Shown here: one piece after another, positions 1-9,524 of the stretch
Position numbering within the stretch: position 1 is the first letter of the stretch
Layout: each line of letters opens with the position of its first letter
From: Acidobacteriota bacterium
GTDB taxonomy: Bacteria > Acidobacteriota > Thermoanaerobaculia > Multivoradales > Multivoraceae
NCBI GenBank assembly: GCA_011523565.1
Contig: WTGL01000027.1
Span: 2,932 to 52,063, forward strand
Direction: 5' to 3'
DNA: 49,132 bases
The notes under the pieces: generated by a model
Told to the model about the DNA's origin: nothing
Databases searched by the model: none
What the model saw: the letters and a program-made list of their open reading frames with translations, nothing else
Made by a program: the position numbers and the translations under genes

Positions 1-570
1 ACTGCGCGCGACCAGACCCGCGGCCTCCAGGTCGGGCATCTTCAGGCGCCGGCCGAGGTCCTGAACCAGCGCCTGCCATCCATCCGGCGCGAAGCCGATA
101 CCGAACCGCGCGATCACCTCCGGCGGCACCTTCCGCCGGCGCAGGTAGTCCTGCGGCACGGCCTCGGTGCGCAGTTTGCCGCGAAAGAAGGCGTAGGCGG
201 CATCGAGGGCGGCCTGGATGCGCTCGGACCGGTCCGCCCGTCCGTCTTCGCCGGGAGCCGGCGCCGCCCGCGGCAACGGGATCCCGTAGCGGTTGGCCAG
301 ATGCTCGACCGCGGTGGCGAAGTCGTCTCCGGTCAGCTCCATGTGCAGACCGAGGGCGTCGCCGCCGGCGCCGCAGCCGAAGCAGTAGTAGAGCTTCCGC
401 TCGGGGTCGAGCGAGAGGGACGGCGTCTTCTCCTTGTGGAAGGGACAGAGCGCGACGAAGCGCTGGCCCCGGCGCTCGACCTTCGTGTGCTCACTGGCGA
501 TGTCGACGATGTCGACCGCCTCGCGCACCGCGTCCAGCGCCTCGTCGGTAAGCCTCGAACGCCGTGGCAC
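1..570 (-). CDS. dnaG: DNA primase, N-terminal part (runs off the window edge)
   Basis: Not in the ORF track. Manual translation from GTG at 570 gives MPRRSRLTDEALDAVREAVDIVDIASEH...ALCPFHKEKTPS...YYCFGCGAGGD, the CHC2 zinc finger of DnaG. An in-frame TGA lies just upstream. Confidence 0.95.
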   Translation of the reverse strand, partial: MPRRSRLTDEALDAVREAVDIVDIASEHTKVERRGQRFVALCPFHKEKTPSLSLDPERKLYYCFGCGAGGDALGLHMELTGDDFATAVEHLANRYGIPLPRAAPAPGEDGRADRSERIQAALDAAYAFFRGKLRTEAVPQDYLRRRKVPPEVIARFGIGFAPDGWQALVQDLGRRLKMPDLEAAGLVARS

Positions 571-611
571 GACCGCTCATCCTACAGCGGCGGGCGACGG
601 GACTGGCGGCC

Positions 612-3095
612 CTAGCGCAGCACGACTTCGGTCGCGCCGTCGCCGCCCGCGGACGGCGGCGCGGGATCGAAACCGGCGACGGCCGGATGTCCCCGCAGAT
701 GCTCACGGACGGCCCGGCGCAGGCGTCCGCTGCCGTGGCCGTGCACCACCCGCACGCGTTCGCGGCCCGAGGCCAGGGCCCGATCGAGGTAGACGTCCAG
801 GGAATCGAGCGCGGGTTCGACCATCTGACCGATCAGCATCAACTCCGACTCGACTGCCGGCGCGGAAGACGCCTGGACCCGCACCCTCGACGACGTGGCC
901 GGCTCCTCCGTCGCGACGGTCTGAAGCGCCGAGGCGGCCGTCCGCACCCGTTTGCCCCGCACCAGGACCGTCGCCCGATCGCCGTCGAGATTCTGGAGTA
1001 CTCCGACCCAACCGAGCGAACCGTGACGCACCTGAACGCCTGCCACCAGGGGACCCGGCCGCTCGGGCGGCGCGGCAGGTTCGGGGTCCTCCTCCACAGG
1101 GCCGGCAGAGGCGCGGTTCGCCGACGCGGAGGCATCGCGGTCGAGTTCCCGGTGCAGACGGCCGGCGGCCCGGGCGAAGGCACGCTTGCCCGGGCGGGGC
1201 TGCGCCGTCAACTCCGCAAGCGCTTCATCCAGGCGCCGCCGGTTCGCGCGGCGCAGGCCGTCCACCTCGCGCCCGATCGCCTGGCTCAGCCTCTTCCGGG
1301 CCGCCCGCATCGCTGCCTGGCGGACCTCCAGGCGACTGCGCTCCGCCTCGGTCTCGGCGGTCAACCGGTCCAACTCCGCCTCACGCGCGAGCAGACGTTC
1401 CCGGAGGCGCTCGTTGCGCTCCAGCACCCGTCTCAACTGCTGGTGCTCCGAGCCCAGAAAGTGCTCCGCGCGCTCCAGCCAGGCCGCCGGCAGGCCGAGC
1501 CGCCGGGCCAAGACCAGGGCGCGGCTGCCTCCAGGCGGCCCGATGGCCAGCCGGTAGGTCGGCAGGCCACTCTCCGGGTCGAAGCTCATCGCCGCGCACG
1601 AAGCCGCCTGGGACTCGAGGGCGGCGGCGGCAAGCTGGGTCAGGTGAGTCGTGAGGATCCCCAGCGAGGCGCTCTCGACCAGCCCTTCGAGCAAGGCGAT
1701 CCCGAGCGCTGCCCCCTCTTCGGGGTTCGTTCCGGCGCCAACCTCATCGAGCAGGACCAGCGTGCGCGGTCCGGCATGCCGCCACACGTCCCGCAGACGC
1801 AGCAGGCGGGCGCTGAACGTCGACTGTTCGTCCAGGACGCTCTGGTCGTCGCCCACCACCGCGACGAGGTGGTCGAAGATCGGAAACCGGCTGTCGCGCG
1901 CGGCCGGCACCGGCAGACCCGCCTGGGTCATCAGGCAAAGCAGCCCGACCGTCTTCAGCGCCACCGTCTTGCCCCCGGCATTGGGTCCGGTCAAGACCAT
2001 CGTCCGGTGATCGTCCAGCGCCAGGTCGAGCGGCACGACGTCACCGCGGTTACCGGCGGCGCCAAGGGTCTCCTGTCTCAGGTCGGCGAGCCGCGGATCG
2101 AGTAGCGGGTGGCGGGCGCCGCGGATTTCCAGCGCCGCGGCCGCAGCGTTCGGCTCCGCGGGTACTGTGCCGGCCAGCCCGGCGCCGACCACGGCGGCGA
2201 AGCGTGCGACCGCCTGCGCCGCGTCGACCGCGGCAAGGAAGTCGATCCTGGCAATGATCGCCGGGGTCAATGCCAGCACCTGTTGAACGAGCTCCGCAAC
2301 GATGCGGGCCCGCTCGATCTCCCTGTCGGCCGCGATCCGCTCCAGCTCGTCGTTGCCCTCCACAATCTCGGAAGGCTCGAAGTAGAAGCTGCGGCCCGAG
2401 GCCGAGCGACCTCTCACGAGGCCGGAGAGACGACCCCGGCTGCCGGAGGGCAGCAGCACGGAGAACCGGCCGCCGCGCAAGGGCGTCGAGTCGTCGGCCA
2501 ACTGGTGACCGTGGTCTCGGGCGTAGGCCTGAATACGCGTCTCGACCTGGGCCTGGGTCCGGCGGCCGTCCCGCACCAGCGCGCTGAGACGGGGCGACGC
2601 ATCGTCCCGAACCGCGCCGCTACGGTCCAGGCTGCGGCGCAGGCGCGCCGCCAGGGCGGCGCAACCGATCGACTCCCCGGATCCGGCGGCCTCCGCGGCG
2701 CCGGCCTCGAGGGCGCGGAGCGATTCGACGTCCGCCGCCAAGCGCGGCGTCTCTTCGTGGTCTCCGAGCCGTTCGAGGACCTCCTCGCAGGCTTCGATCA
2801 CGGCCGCCAGGCCGAGCAGAGCGGGGCCTCCCAGCCCGCGACCGTCGCTCCCCAACTGGCGCCGCAGCCCCAGGAGTTCCTGATCGAGCACCGGCACCAG
2901 GGCGCCCGCCTCCGCAAGCTCCCGGGCAATCTCGGCGTAGCGGACCCGGCGAAGCTCGATCTCAGAGGGGTCGGAGCCCGGAGAAACGGCCCGTACGACC
3001 CGCGCGCCCGCATCGGTCACCGCCAGGCCCGCCACCACGCGGAGCAGCGCCGGAAACTCCAGCGCCTCGGCCGTCGCGCTGTTGCAGCAACTCAA
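612..3095 (-). CDS. mutS2: Endonuclease MutS2 / Smr-domain protein
   Basis: Walker A TGPNAGGKT, QSTFSA, LLDEVGAGTNPEEG, TTH, and a C-terminal Smr domain (VVHGHGSGRLR...GGDGATEV). Exact start uncertain. Confidence 0.93.
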   Translation of the reverse strand: MSCCNSATAEALEFPALLRVVAGLAVTDAGARVVRAVSPGSDPSEIELRRVRYAEIARELAEAGALVPVLDQELLGLRRQLGSDGRGLGGPALLGLAAVIEACEEVLERLGDHEETPRLAADVESLRALEAGAAEAAGSGESIGCAALAARLRRSLDRSGAVRDDASPRLSALVRDGRRTQAQVETRIQAYARDHGHQLADDSTPLRGGRFSVLLPSGSRGRLSGLVRGRSASGRSFYFEPSEIVEGNDELERIAADREIERARIVAELVQQVLALTPAIIARIDFLAAVDAAQAVARFAAVVGAGLAGTVPAEPNAAAAALEIRGARHPLLDPRLADLRQETLGAAGNRGDVVPLDLALDDHRTMVLTGPNAGGKTVALKTVGLLCLMTQAGLPVPAARDSRFPIFDHLVAVVGDDQSVLDEQSTFSARLLRLRDVWRHAGPRTLVLLDEVGAGTNPEEGAALGIALLEGLVESASLGILTTHLTQLAAAALESQAASCAAMSFDPESGLPTYRLAIGPPGGSRALVLARRLGLPAAWLERAEHFLGSEHQQLRRVLERNERLRERLLAREAELDRLTAETEAERSRLEVRQAAMRAARKRLSQAIGREVDGLRRANRRRLDEALAELTAQPRPGKRAFARAAGRLHRELDRDASASANRASAGPVEEDPEPAAPPERPGPLVAGVQVRHGSLGWVGVLQNLDGDRATVLVRGKRVRTAASALQTVATEEPATSSRVRVQASSAPAVESELMLIGQMVEPALDSLDVYLDRALASGRERVRVVHGHGSGRLRRAVREHLRGHPAVAGFDPAPPSAGGDGATEVVLR

Positions 3096-3137
3096 AACCC
3101 CGCCCGGCAGTCGCTCCGCGCCGGTGCGCGGTGCGGA

Positions 3138-3347
3138 TCAGGCCAGACCGGCGCGGCGCTCCTCGGCCAGCTTGCGCAGCATCTTCTTGCGCGCCTGCAT
3201 CACCTTGCGCTTGCGCTTGACCGACGGCTTTTCGAAGTGCTGGCGCTTCTTGAGTTCCGTCAGAATGCCCTCTTTCTCGCACTTCCGCTTGAAGCGGCGA
3301 AGCGCATTCTCGAAGCTCTCGTCGTCGCGTACCTGCACAACCGGCAT
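3138..3347 (-). CDS. rpsU: 30S ribosomal protein S21
   Basis: [48 protein letters not shown]. Start placed at ATG 3347. Confidence 0.97.
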   Translation of the reverse strand: MPVVQVRDDESFENALRRFKRKCEKEGILTELKKRQHFEKPSVKRKRKVMQARKKMLRKLAEERRAGLA

Positions 3348-3509
3348 AGCCAGGAATCTCCTAGGTGAGTCAGGCCCGGCCCGAACTCGATTCAGCCGCG
3401 GGCGTCGACGCACGACACCCCGGGAACGGCGGATTGTGCACCAGCCGACCCTTCGCCGTCAAGGAGGGGACCGCGCCCAAGCCGTCTCCGGCACGCAGGG
3501 AACAGGCCG

Positions 3510-4301
3510 CTACTCTTCTTCGTCGTCGCCCTCGACCGCGTTGGGATCGGTGCGGTAGACCTTGCGATCGCTCTCGTTGAAGAACACGCCGACGGCAGCT
3601 CCGGCTCCGTGCTGCTCGGGGTCCTTGGGGTAGAACCAGGCGAACACGTTCTCGTCCGAGAAGGTCCGCACGTAGCTGTGGAAGACCTTTCCCAGAACGC
3701 CTTCGACCTCGGTCTCGGTCATTCCCCGCTTGACCTCGGCCAGCCGTTCGGCCGAGACGTAGCGGTCTTCCTGGTACTTGGCGAGCCTCGCCGCCAACTC
3801 GGGGTTGTTCGGGTCGTTTCTCTGAGCACCCACGAGGATGTCGATGGCCTTGCGGTAGTCACCGCCCTTGACCACGTACTCCTGGGCCAGGTACATCTGC
3901 TCGCCGGACATCATCGCGAAGGCCAGGCGCTGCTCTTCGTTCATCTCCCCGCCGAGTTCCCACCCGGCCTCGTTGATGTAGTTGACCAGCTTCTGCTGCA
4001 AGACCTCGCCGTCGCCGCCGACCTCTTCGTCCAGCGCCTCGACCTGGGCGGCAAGCGCCTCGCCATCTTCCCCTTCGCCGGGCGCCGCGGCCTGTGCGCG
4101 CAACTGCTCCAGCTCACCGCGCTTTGCGTTCAGGGCAGCCTGAGCTTCCTCCAGTTCGGCCCACGCCTCGGCCCTCGCCGTGGTCGTCCGCTCCTCCTCG
4201 GAAGGACCGCATGCGGTGAGGGAAGCAAGTAGAAGGTTGACGGCGATGCAGGCGGCAAAGCCCGCCCAATCCGGCCGCCTGAGCGGAGTGATTCTCGACA
4301 T
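3510..4301 (-). CDS. Putative lipoprotein with coiled coil, TPR-like segment and SmpA/BamE-like C-terminal motif
   Basis: Signal peptide with lipobox-like LLASLTA-C. C-terminal VKRGMTETEVEGVLGK...WFY resembles the SmpA/OmlA motif. Confidence 0.6.
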   Translation of the reverse strand: MSRITPLRRPDWAGFAACIAVNLLLASLTACGPSEEERTTTARAEAWAELEEAQAALNAKRGELEQLRAQAAAPGEGEDGEALAAQVEALDEEVGGDGEVLQQKLVNYINEAGWELGGEMNEEQRLAFAMMSGEQMYLAQEYVVKGGDYRKAIDILVGAQRNDPNNPELAARLAKYQEDRYVSAERLAEVKRGMTETEVEGVLGKVFHSYVRTFSDENVFAWFYPKDPEQHGAGAAVGVFFNESDRKVYRTDPNAVEGDDEEE

Positions 4302-4338
4302 CCTGGCGCCTCCTTGGCTCGCGACTTGCGTACCCGCC

Positions 4339-4410
4339 AGTATACCCCAAGGCGACCTGCCGCAGGGCGGCGCGGCCGGCGAATCACAGGCCGGTGGGTG
4401 GGGCTATACT
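4339..4410. promoter_or_regulatory. Divergent sigma70-type -10 hexamers (TATACT on each strand)
   Basis: AGTATA at 4339-4344 reads TATACT on the minus strand, upstream of the lipoprotein. TATACT at 4405-4410 lies upstream of the tRNA. Both stand out in a very GC-rich background. Confidence 0.55.
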
Positions 4411-4434
4411 GCGGGACTGCGCTTGGGGTCCGAG

Positions 4435-4507
4435 GGGTCCATAGCTCAGCGGTTAGAGCATCCGGCTCATAACCGGCAGGTCCCTGGTTCGAATCCAGGT
4501 GGACCCA
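4435..4507 (+). tRNA. tRNA with CAT anticodon, most likely tRNA-Ile2 (lysidine-modified); CCA not encoded
   Basis: Acceptor stem GGGTCCA/TGGACCC, D arm TAGCTCAGCGGTTAGAGC, anticodon loop CTCATAA, T loop GGTTCGAATCC. The paired G1-C72 argues against the initiator tRNA. Ile2 versus elongator Met is inferred from resemblance. Confidence 0.92.
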
Positions 4508-4534
4508 TACCGTGCAGCTCCGGAACGAATCTGA

Positions 4535-5275
4535 ATGGAAAGAGTCCTTGACACGATCGTAGAACTTCAGGAGGCAAGCGTAGAACTCACGCGCAGCCTC
4601 ACCCTGCTCGACGGGGTTCCCGAATCGATGCAGGAACTTCACGACCAGTACGAGAGCAGTCGTAGCGAGATCGAGGAGCTGGAAGAGGAACAGCGGCAGG
4701 CGGAGCTGGAGCGCCGGGCCGCCGAAGCGGAGACGGCGGCGGGAAAGGACAGCATCGATCGCTACCAGGAGCAGATTTCCCGCGTCACCACGCAGCGCGA
4801 GTACGGCGCTCTCCTGAGTGAGATCGACACGGTCCGCGCCCAGATGCGGGAAGCGGACGAAAGGGCGCTCCTGGCGCTCGAGCAACAGGATGTGGCGGCC
4901 GCGCGGCTCGAAGAACTCCGGGGAGCCTTCGAGGCCCTGGACCAGCAGTACCAGGAGGCCCTGGCCGCCTGGGAGGAACAGAAGCCCGCGATGCGGCAGC
5001 GGGTTCAGGTGCTCGAGGGCAGGATCGAGGTCTTTCGCGAGCGCCTGCCCCCCGCGGCGCTGAAGCAGTATCAACGTCTGTTCGAGCGCCATGGCGGAAC
5101 CCCGCTCGCCGTCATCCGCGTCATCGAAAGCGCCAGGGCCCCGATCCGGCACTGCTCGTTCTGCAACTACCGGATCCGCCCCCAGGTCGTGCTGCAGATC
5201 CAGACTCAGGGGGCCATGGTGCCGTGTGACTCCTGCCAGCGGATCCTCTACCTCGACGACGGAGAGTCCGACTGA
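4535..5275 (+). CDS. Coiled-coil protein with C-terminal C4 zinc ribbon (DUF164 / CT398-like)
   Basis: Long heptad-rich helix (REYGALLSEID) followed by HCSFCNY...PCDSCQRILY. Confidence 0.88.
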   Translation: MERVLDTIVELQEASVELTRSLTLLDGVPESMQELHDQYESSRSEIEELEEEQRQAELERRAAEAETAAGKDSIDRYQEQISRVTTQREYGALLSEIDTVRAQMREADERALLALEQQDVAAARLEELRGAFEALDQQYQEALAAWEEQKPAMRQRVQVLEGRIEVFRERLPPAALKQYQRLFERHGGTPLAVIRVIESARAPIRHCSFCNYRIRPQVVLQIQTQGAMVPCDSCQRILYLDDGESD

Positions 5276-5316
5276 GCAAGCCGCCGCGGAGCACCACGGC
5301 AGAACGCTACGCGGAA

Positions 5317-5994
5317 TTGACCGGGCGGGTGGCGGAGGCCTGCCGGCGCGCCGGCCGCGGCGAGCGTGACGTCAGCCTGGTCGGAGCCTGCAAGCGGCAA
5401 CCCCTGGAGCGCATCCTCGAAGCCGTCGACGCCGGCCTCCGGATCCTCGGTGAGAACCAGGTCCAGGAGGGCGAAGCGCATCGCGCGGCACTGAGCGAGG
5501 CCGGCTACGACGACGTGGAGTGGCGCCTGATCGGACCCCTGCAGACGAACAAGGCCCCGCGGGCCTGCCGCGTCTTCGACGTCTTCGAGGCGGTCGACCG
5601 GGTGAAGGTGGCGCGGCGGCTCGATCGGGTGCTCCGGGATCGGCAAGGCGGTGTTCGTGCCTGCCTCCTCGAGGTCAACATCGGGCGGGAGCCCAGCAAG
5701 CACGGCTTCCTGTCCGAGGACAAAGGCAAGATGCTCGGGCTCGCGGAACTCGACCACCTGCTGATCCGCGGCCTGATGGCGATTCCTCCGCGTCGGAGCG
5801 ACCCTGGGGATGCCCGGCGCGACTTCGCGGCCCTGCGGCGCCTGCGCGACGAACTGGGCCGCGACGGTCTGTTCGGCGAGCTCGAAGGATGGCTGTCGAT
5901 GGGGATGAGCGCGGACTTCGAGGCGGCGGTCCTCGAGGGCGCCACCCACGTACGGATCGGATCGGCCCTGTTCGGACCGCGTCTGCCGCGCTAG
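5317..5994 (+). CDS. yggS: PLP homeostasis protein, YggS family
   Basis: GENQVQE, IGPLQTNK, GLMAIP, LSMGMSADFEAAVLEGATHVRIGSALFG. Start uncertain. Confidence 0.93.
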   Translation: MTGRVAEACRRAGRGERDVSLVGACKRQPLERILEAVDAGLRILGENQVQEGEAHRAALSEAGYDDVEWRLIGPLQTNKAPRACRVFDVFEAVDRVKVARRLDRVLRDRQGGVRACLLEVNIGREPSKHGFLSEDKGKMLGLAELDHLLIRGLMAIPPRRSDPGDARRDFAALRRLRDELGRDGLFGELEGWLSMGMSADFEAAVLEGATHVRIGSALFGPRLPR

Positions 5995-6005
5995 CGCGGC
6001 GCGGG

Positions 6006-7796
6006 GTGCTAGCGTCTACGTCCTTGGACACCCTCTCCGACCTGCTGCTGCTCGTCGCGGAACGCTACGGCCATCGCGAGGGCCTGCTCTCCATCCGCCG
6101 CCACCGCCGGATGGAGTCGCTGTCCGCCGCGGACTTCACGGACAGCGTCCGCCGGACCGCCCTGGCGCTCGAGTCGCGCGGCGTGGCCAAGGGGGACCGC
6201 GTCGCACTGTTCGCGACGAACCGCCCGGAGTGGCACGTCGTCGACTTCGCGTGCCACCTGCTGGGCGCCGTGCCGGTGCCGATCTACCCGACGCTGACCG
6301 CGGCCCAGGTCGCCTACATCCTCCTCGACAGCGGCGCCGAGTGGGTCTTCTACGACGACAGGGCGAAGCGGGATCTGCTGGCCGGTCTCGCCCCCGACGG
6401 CCGGGGCGAAGGCGGGGCCGAGCGGCAGGGCCTGCGGCTGGTCGCAATGGACGCCGACGCGGCGGCCGAGGGCGGCACGACTCTCGACGCGCTGATCGCC
6501 GATCCGGCGCTGTCCGCGGACACGGACCTCGAAGCCTTCCGCGGCCGGGTGGAAAGAAGCGACACGGCCAGCATCATCTACACCTCGGGCACCACCGGCG
6601 ACCCGAAGGGCGTCGTGCTGTCGCACTGGAACTTCGTCTCGAACCTTCTCGCCTGCGAGAAACTCTTCGAGCTGGGCGAAGAGGACCAGGCCCTCTCCTT
6701 CCTGCCGCTTTCGCACGTCTTCGAGCGCACCGTCGACTATCTGTTCTTCTACCTCGGGGTGTCGATCCACTACTCCCCGGCGATCGAGCGCGTCGCCGGC
6801 CTGATGCCGGTCATTCGGCCGACCGTCCTGTGCTCGGTGCCCAGGCTCTACGAGAGCGCCTACGTGCGCATCCAGGGCACCTTCGCGAGCCAGCCGCGGC
6901 TCCGCCGCCGGCTGATCGACTGGGCGCTAGGGGTCGGCCGGCGGCGGGCCGAACGCGGCGGCGCCCGACTCCGGGGCCTGGTCGCCGACCGTCTGGTGTT
7001 CAGCAAGATCAAGGAACGCTTCGGTGGTCGGCTGCGGTTCGCCATCTCCGGCGGCGCCGCGATCGCCGACGAAGTCGCCGCGTTCTTCGACGCGATCGGC
7101 ATCCGCCTCTACCAGGGCTACGGCCTGACCGAAACCGCGCCGGTGCTGGCCGTCGAGTACCCCGGCGCCACGCGCCGCGGGTCGGTCGGCAAGGCGGCGC
7201 CCGGGATCGAACTCAGGATCGACGACGACGGCGAGATCCTGGCCCGCACGGAAGGCCTGATGCAGGGCTACTGGAAGAAACCCGACGCCACGGCGCAGGC
7301 GGTCGATACGGACGGGTGGTTCCACACCGGCGACATCGGCCGTCTCGACGACGACGGCTACCTCTACATCACCGACCGCAAGAAGGACCTGCTGGTGACC
7401 AGCGGCGGCAAGAACGTCGCGCCCCAGCCGATCGAGCAGATGCTGATCACGCATCCCGCGGTGGCGCAGGTGGTCGTGGTCGGCGACGGCTACCCGTACC
7501 TGAACGCTCTCGTGGTGCCGAACTACGCCGAGCCGCCCGCGCCGTTCTCCGGCATGGATCCCGCGGAGCTCCGCGAGGACCCGCGCCTCCAGGAGATCGT
7601 CCAGGGCCTGCTCGACCGGGCGAACGCACTCCTGCCGGCCCATGAACGGGTGCGCCGCTTCCGGTTGCTGGAGCGCGAGTTGACGATCGAGGAGGGCGAG
7701 ATCACGCCCACCCTGAAGGTGCGCCGGAAGATCGTCAGCGAGCGCTACCGCGACGTGATCGCCTCGATGTACCTCAAGAGCCAGCGAGTGGGCTGA
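6006..7796 (+). CDS. Long-chain fatty acid--CoA ligase (AMP-dependent synthetase)
   Basis: IIYTSGTTGDPKGV, QGYGLTET, WFHTGDIG, TPTLKVRR. Start trimmed to GTG 6006 to avoid overlapping yggS. Confidence 0.92.
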   Translation: MLASTSLDTLSDLLLLVAERYGHREGLLSIRRHRRMESLSAADFTDSVRRTALALESRGVAKGDRVALFATNRPEWHVVDFACHLLGAVPVPIYPTLTAAQVAYILLDSGAEWVFYDDRAKRDLLAGLAPDGRGEGGAERQGLRLVAMDADAAAEGGTTLDALIADPALSADTDLEAFRGRVERSDTASIIYTSGTTGDPKGVVLSHWNFVSNLLACEKLFELGEEDQALSFLPLSHVFERTVDYLFFYLGVSIHYSPAIERVAGLMPVIRPTVLCSVPRLYESAYVRIQGTFASQPRLRRRLIDWALGVGRRRAERGGARLRGLVADRLVFSKIKERFGGRLRFAISGGAAIADEVAAFFDAIGIRLYQGYGLTETAPVLAVEYPGATRRGSVGKAAPGIELRIDDDGEILARTEGLMQGYWKKPDATAQAVDTDGWFHTGDIGRLDDDGYLYITDRKKDLLVTSGGKNVAPQPIEQMLITHPAVAQVVVVGDGYPYLNALVVPNYAEPPAPFSGMDPAELREDPRLQEIVQGLLDRANALLPAHERVRRFRLLERELTIEEGEITPTLKVRRKIVSERYRDVIASMYLKSQRVG

Positions 7797-7826
7797 GCCG
7801 GTGTCCCCGGTGGACCGAGTGGCCCA

Positions 7827-8141
7827 CTAATTGACGCGGCCGGACTGGTCCGTCGGGTCGGGGGCCTCCTCGATCACGCCGTGGACTTCCTCGTAGCGCC
7901 GCAGGTTCGTGCCCAGGGCGCGGATGATCCGCTTGAGATGCCCGGGGCTGGTCACGATGCGGGCGCTGACGATGCCCTGAGGTGGAACCACGTTGATGAA
8001 GTCGAGGATGAACTCCTCGCGGGTATGGGTGATGCGCAGCAGGTTGGAGTACGCCCCCTTGAGTTCGGCGTCGCCGATCTTGACGTTGATCGACGAGGAC
8101 GAATCCAGGTCGCCCTGTTCTTCCTTGGGTCGCTCGCTCAT
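7827..8141 (-). CDS. DUF3467-like small protein
   Basis: GAYSNLLRITHTREEFILDF...ARIVTSPGHLKRIIRAL...YEEVHGVI is typical of this family. ATG 8141 overlaps the wzt stop. Confidence 0.8.
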   Translation of the reverse strand: MSERPKEEQGDLDSSSSINVKIGDAELKGAYSNLLRITHTREEFILDFINVVPPQGIVSARIVTSPGHLKRIIRALGTNLRRYEEVHGVIEEAPDPTDQSGRVN

Positions 8142-9523
8142 TCCATCCTCCGTGGGTCCCTGGGTACAAGCCAGTCGATCGCCGCTGGTGGCTTGGCGGC
8201 TCCGTCGGCGGAGCCGCCGCGGAGCGCCTCGACCTGCCACTCGTGGTCGGGCAGGTAGAGACCGATGCTTCTGAGCGCCGAACTCTCGGCCACAGTGAAC
8301 CTGAGCGCCCGGCGGCGGTAATCGTACGCTCTGCCGTCGCGCGCGTGAACCGCGAGATCGACCGTGTACTCGCCCGGGGCGAGCCGCAGTTCCGGGCAGA
8401 CCAGGCGTACCCGCACCGGACCGCGCAGCAGCCGCGGCTCGTAGCCGGCGAGATCGGTGTTCGTGCCCCAGCAGTCGACACCGCGGGGCGTCTTGACGCC
8501 GACCCCGAAGACGAAGTCGTCGAGGTCTTCCCGCGGCTCCACCTGGAGCTCGAACGCGACCGCCTCTCCGCAGTGCACGTGATAGCGCTCCTCGGACGAG
8601 TTCCCGGCCAGCAGGCGCGCGCCGACGATCCGCGCCTGGCCGGAGCCCCAGCGCAGGATCTCCTCCTCCGCGGCAGGCGCCGTCACGGCGGCCTCCTCCT
8701 CCTCTTCCGGCTGCGATTCCTGCTCCTGTTGGACGTCGAGCGCCCGGCGACGGTCGTGGGCCTCGCCCTCGCGCTTCGCCACGTCCTCGAGATAGGCGTC
8801 GATCACGCGCCGCGGCGCCCCGATCGACCGGGTACGCCCCTGATCCAGCCAGACCGCCCGGTCGCAGAGTTCCTCGACCAGGCCCATCGAGTGGCTGACG
8901 AAGAGCAGCGTGCCGCCCCCGGCAAGGTGCTCCTCGATCCGCGTGATACAGCGGTGGACGAACTCCTCGTCGCCGACCGCCAGCACTTCGTCGACCAGGA
9001 GAATCTCGGGGTCGGTATGGATGGCGACCGAGAAGCCGAGGCGGACGTACATGCCCGAGGAGTAGTTCTTGATCGGCTCTTCGATGAAGTCGGCAAGGCC
9101 CGCGAACTCGACGATGTCGTCGTAGCGCTCCTCGATCCGGCGCCGGCTCAGCCCGAGCAGCGCACCGTTGATGAAGATGTTCTCCCGACCCGAGATCTCG
9201 GGGTGGAAGCCCGCGCCCAGCTCGATCAGGGCGGCCACGCGGCCGTTCACCGCGAGTTCGCCGGCAGTGGGCCGCAACAGGCCGGCGACCAGCTTGATCA
9301 GCGTCGACTTGCCGGAACCGTTGCCGCCGATGACGCCGACGGCCTCGCCCGCGGCGACCTCGAAACTGACGTCTTCGAGAGCCTCGACCGCGTCGGCCGC
9401 GCCCAGTCCGCTGGTCAGGCTGCCTTCGAGCAGCGCGCTCTTCAGAGTCCGCAGGCGGTAGCCGCCGGCCTCGCGCCGGTAGCGTTTACCCACGCCGCGG
9501 AGGACGACTGCCGGCCCGGGCAA
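8138..9523 (-). CDS. wzt: Polysaccharide ABC exporter ATP-binding subunit with C-terminal Wzt_C domain
   Basis: GGNGSGKST, ELGAGFHPEISGRENI, YSSGMYVRLGFS, LLVDEVLAVGD, plus a C-terminal beta-rich extension (LAPGEYTVDLAVH). Confidence 0.9.
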   Translation of the reverse strand: MPGPAVVLRGVGKRYRREAGGYRLRTLKSALLEGSLTSGLGAADAVEALEDVSFEVAAGEAVGVIGGNGSGKSTLIKLVAGLLRPTAGELAVNGRVAALIELGAGFHPEISGRENIFINGALLGLSRRRIEERYDDIVEFAGLADFIEEPIKNYSSGMYVRLGFSVAIHTDPEILLVDEVLAVGDEEFVHRCITRIEEHLAGGGTLLFVSHSMGLVEELCDRAVWLDQGRTRSIGAPRRVIDAYLEDVAKREGEAHDRRRALDVQQEQESQPEEEEEAAVTAPAAEEEILRWGSGQARIVGARLLAGNSSEERYHVHCGEAVAFELQVEPREDLDDFVFGVGVKTPRGVDCWGTNTDLAGYEPRLLRGPVRVRLVCPELRLAPGEYTVDLAVHARDGRAYDYRRRALRFTVAESSALRSIGLYLPDHEWQVEALRGGSADGAAKPPAAIDWLVPRDPRRME

Positions 9524-9524
9524 C

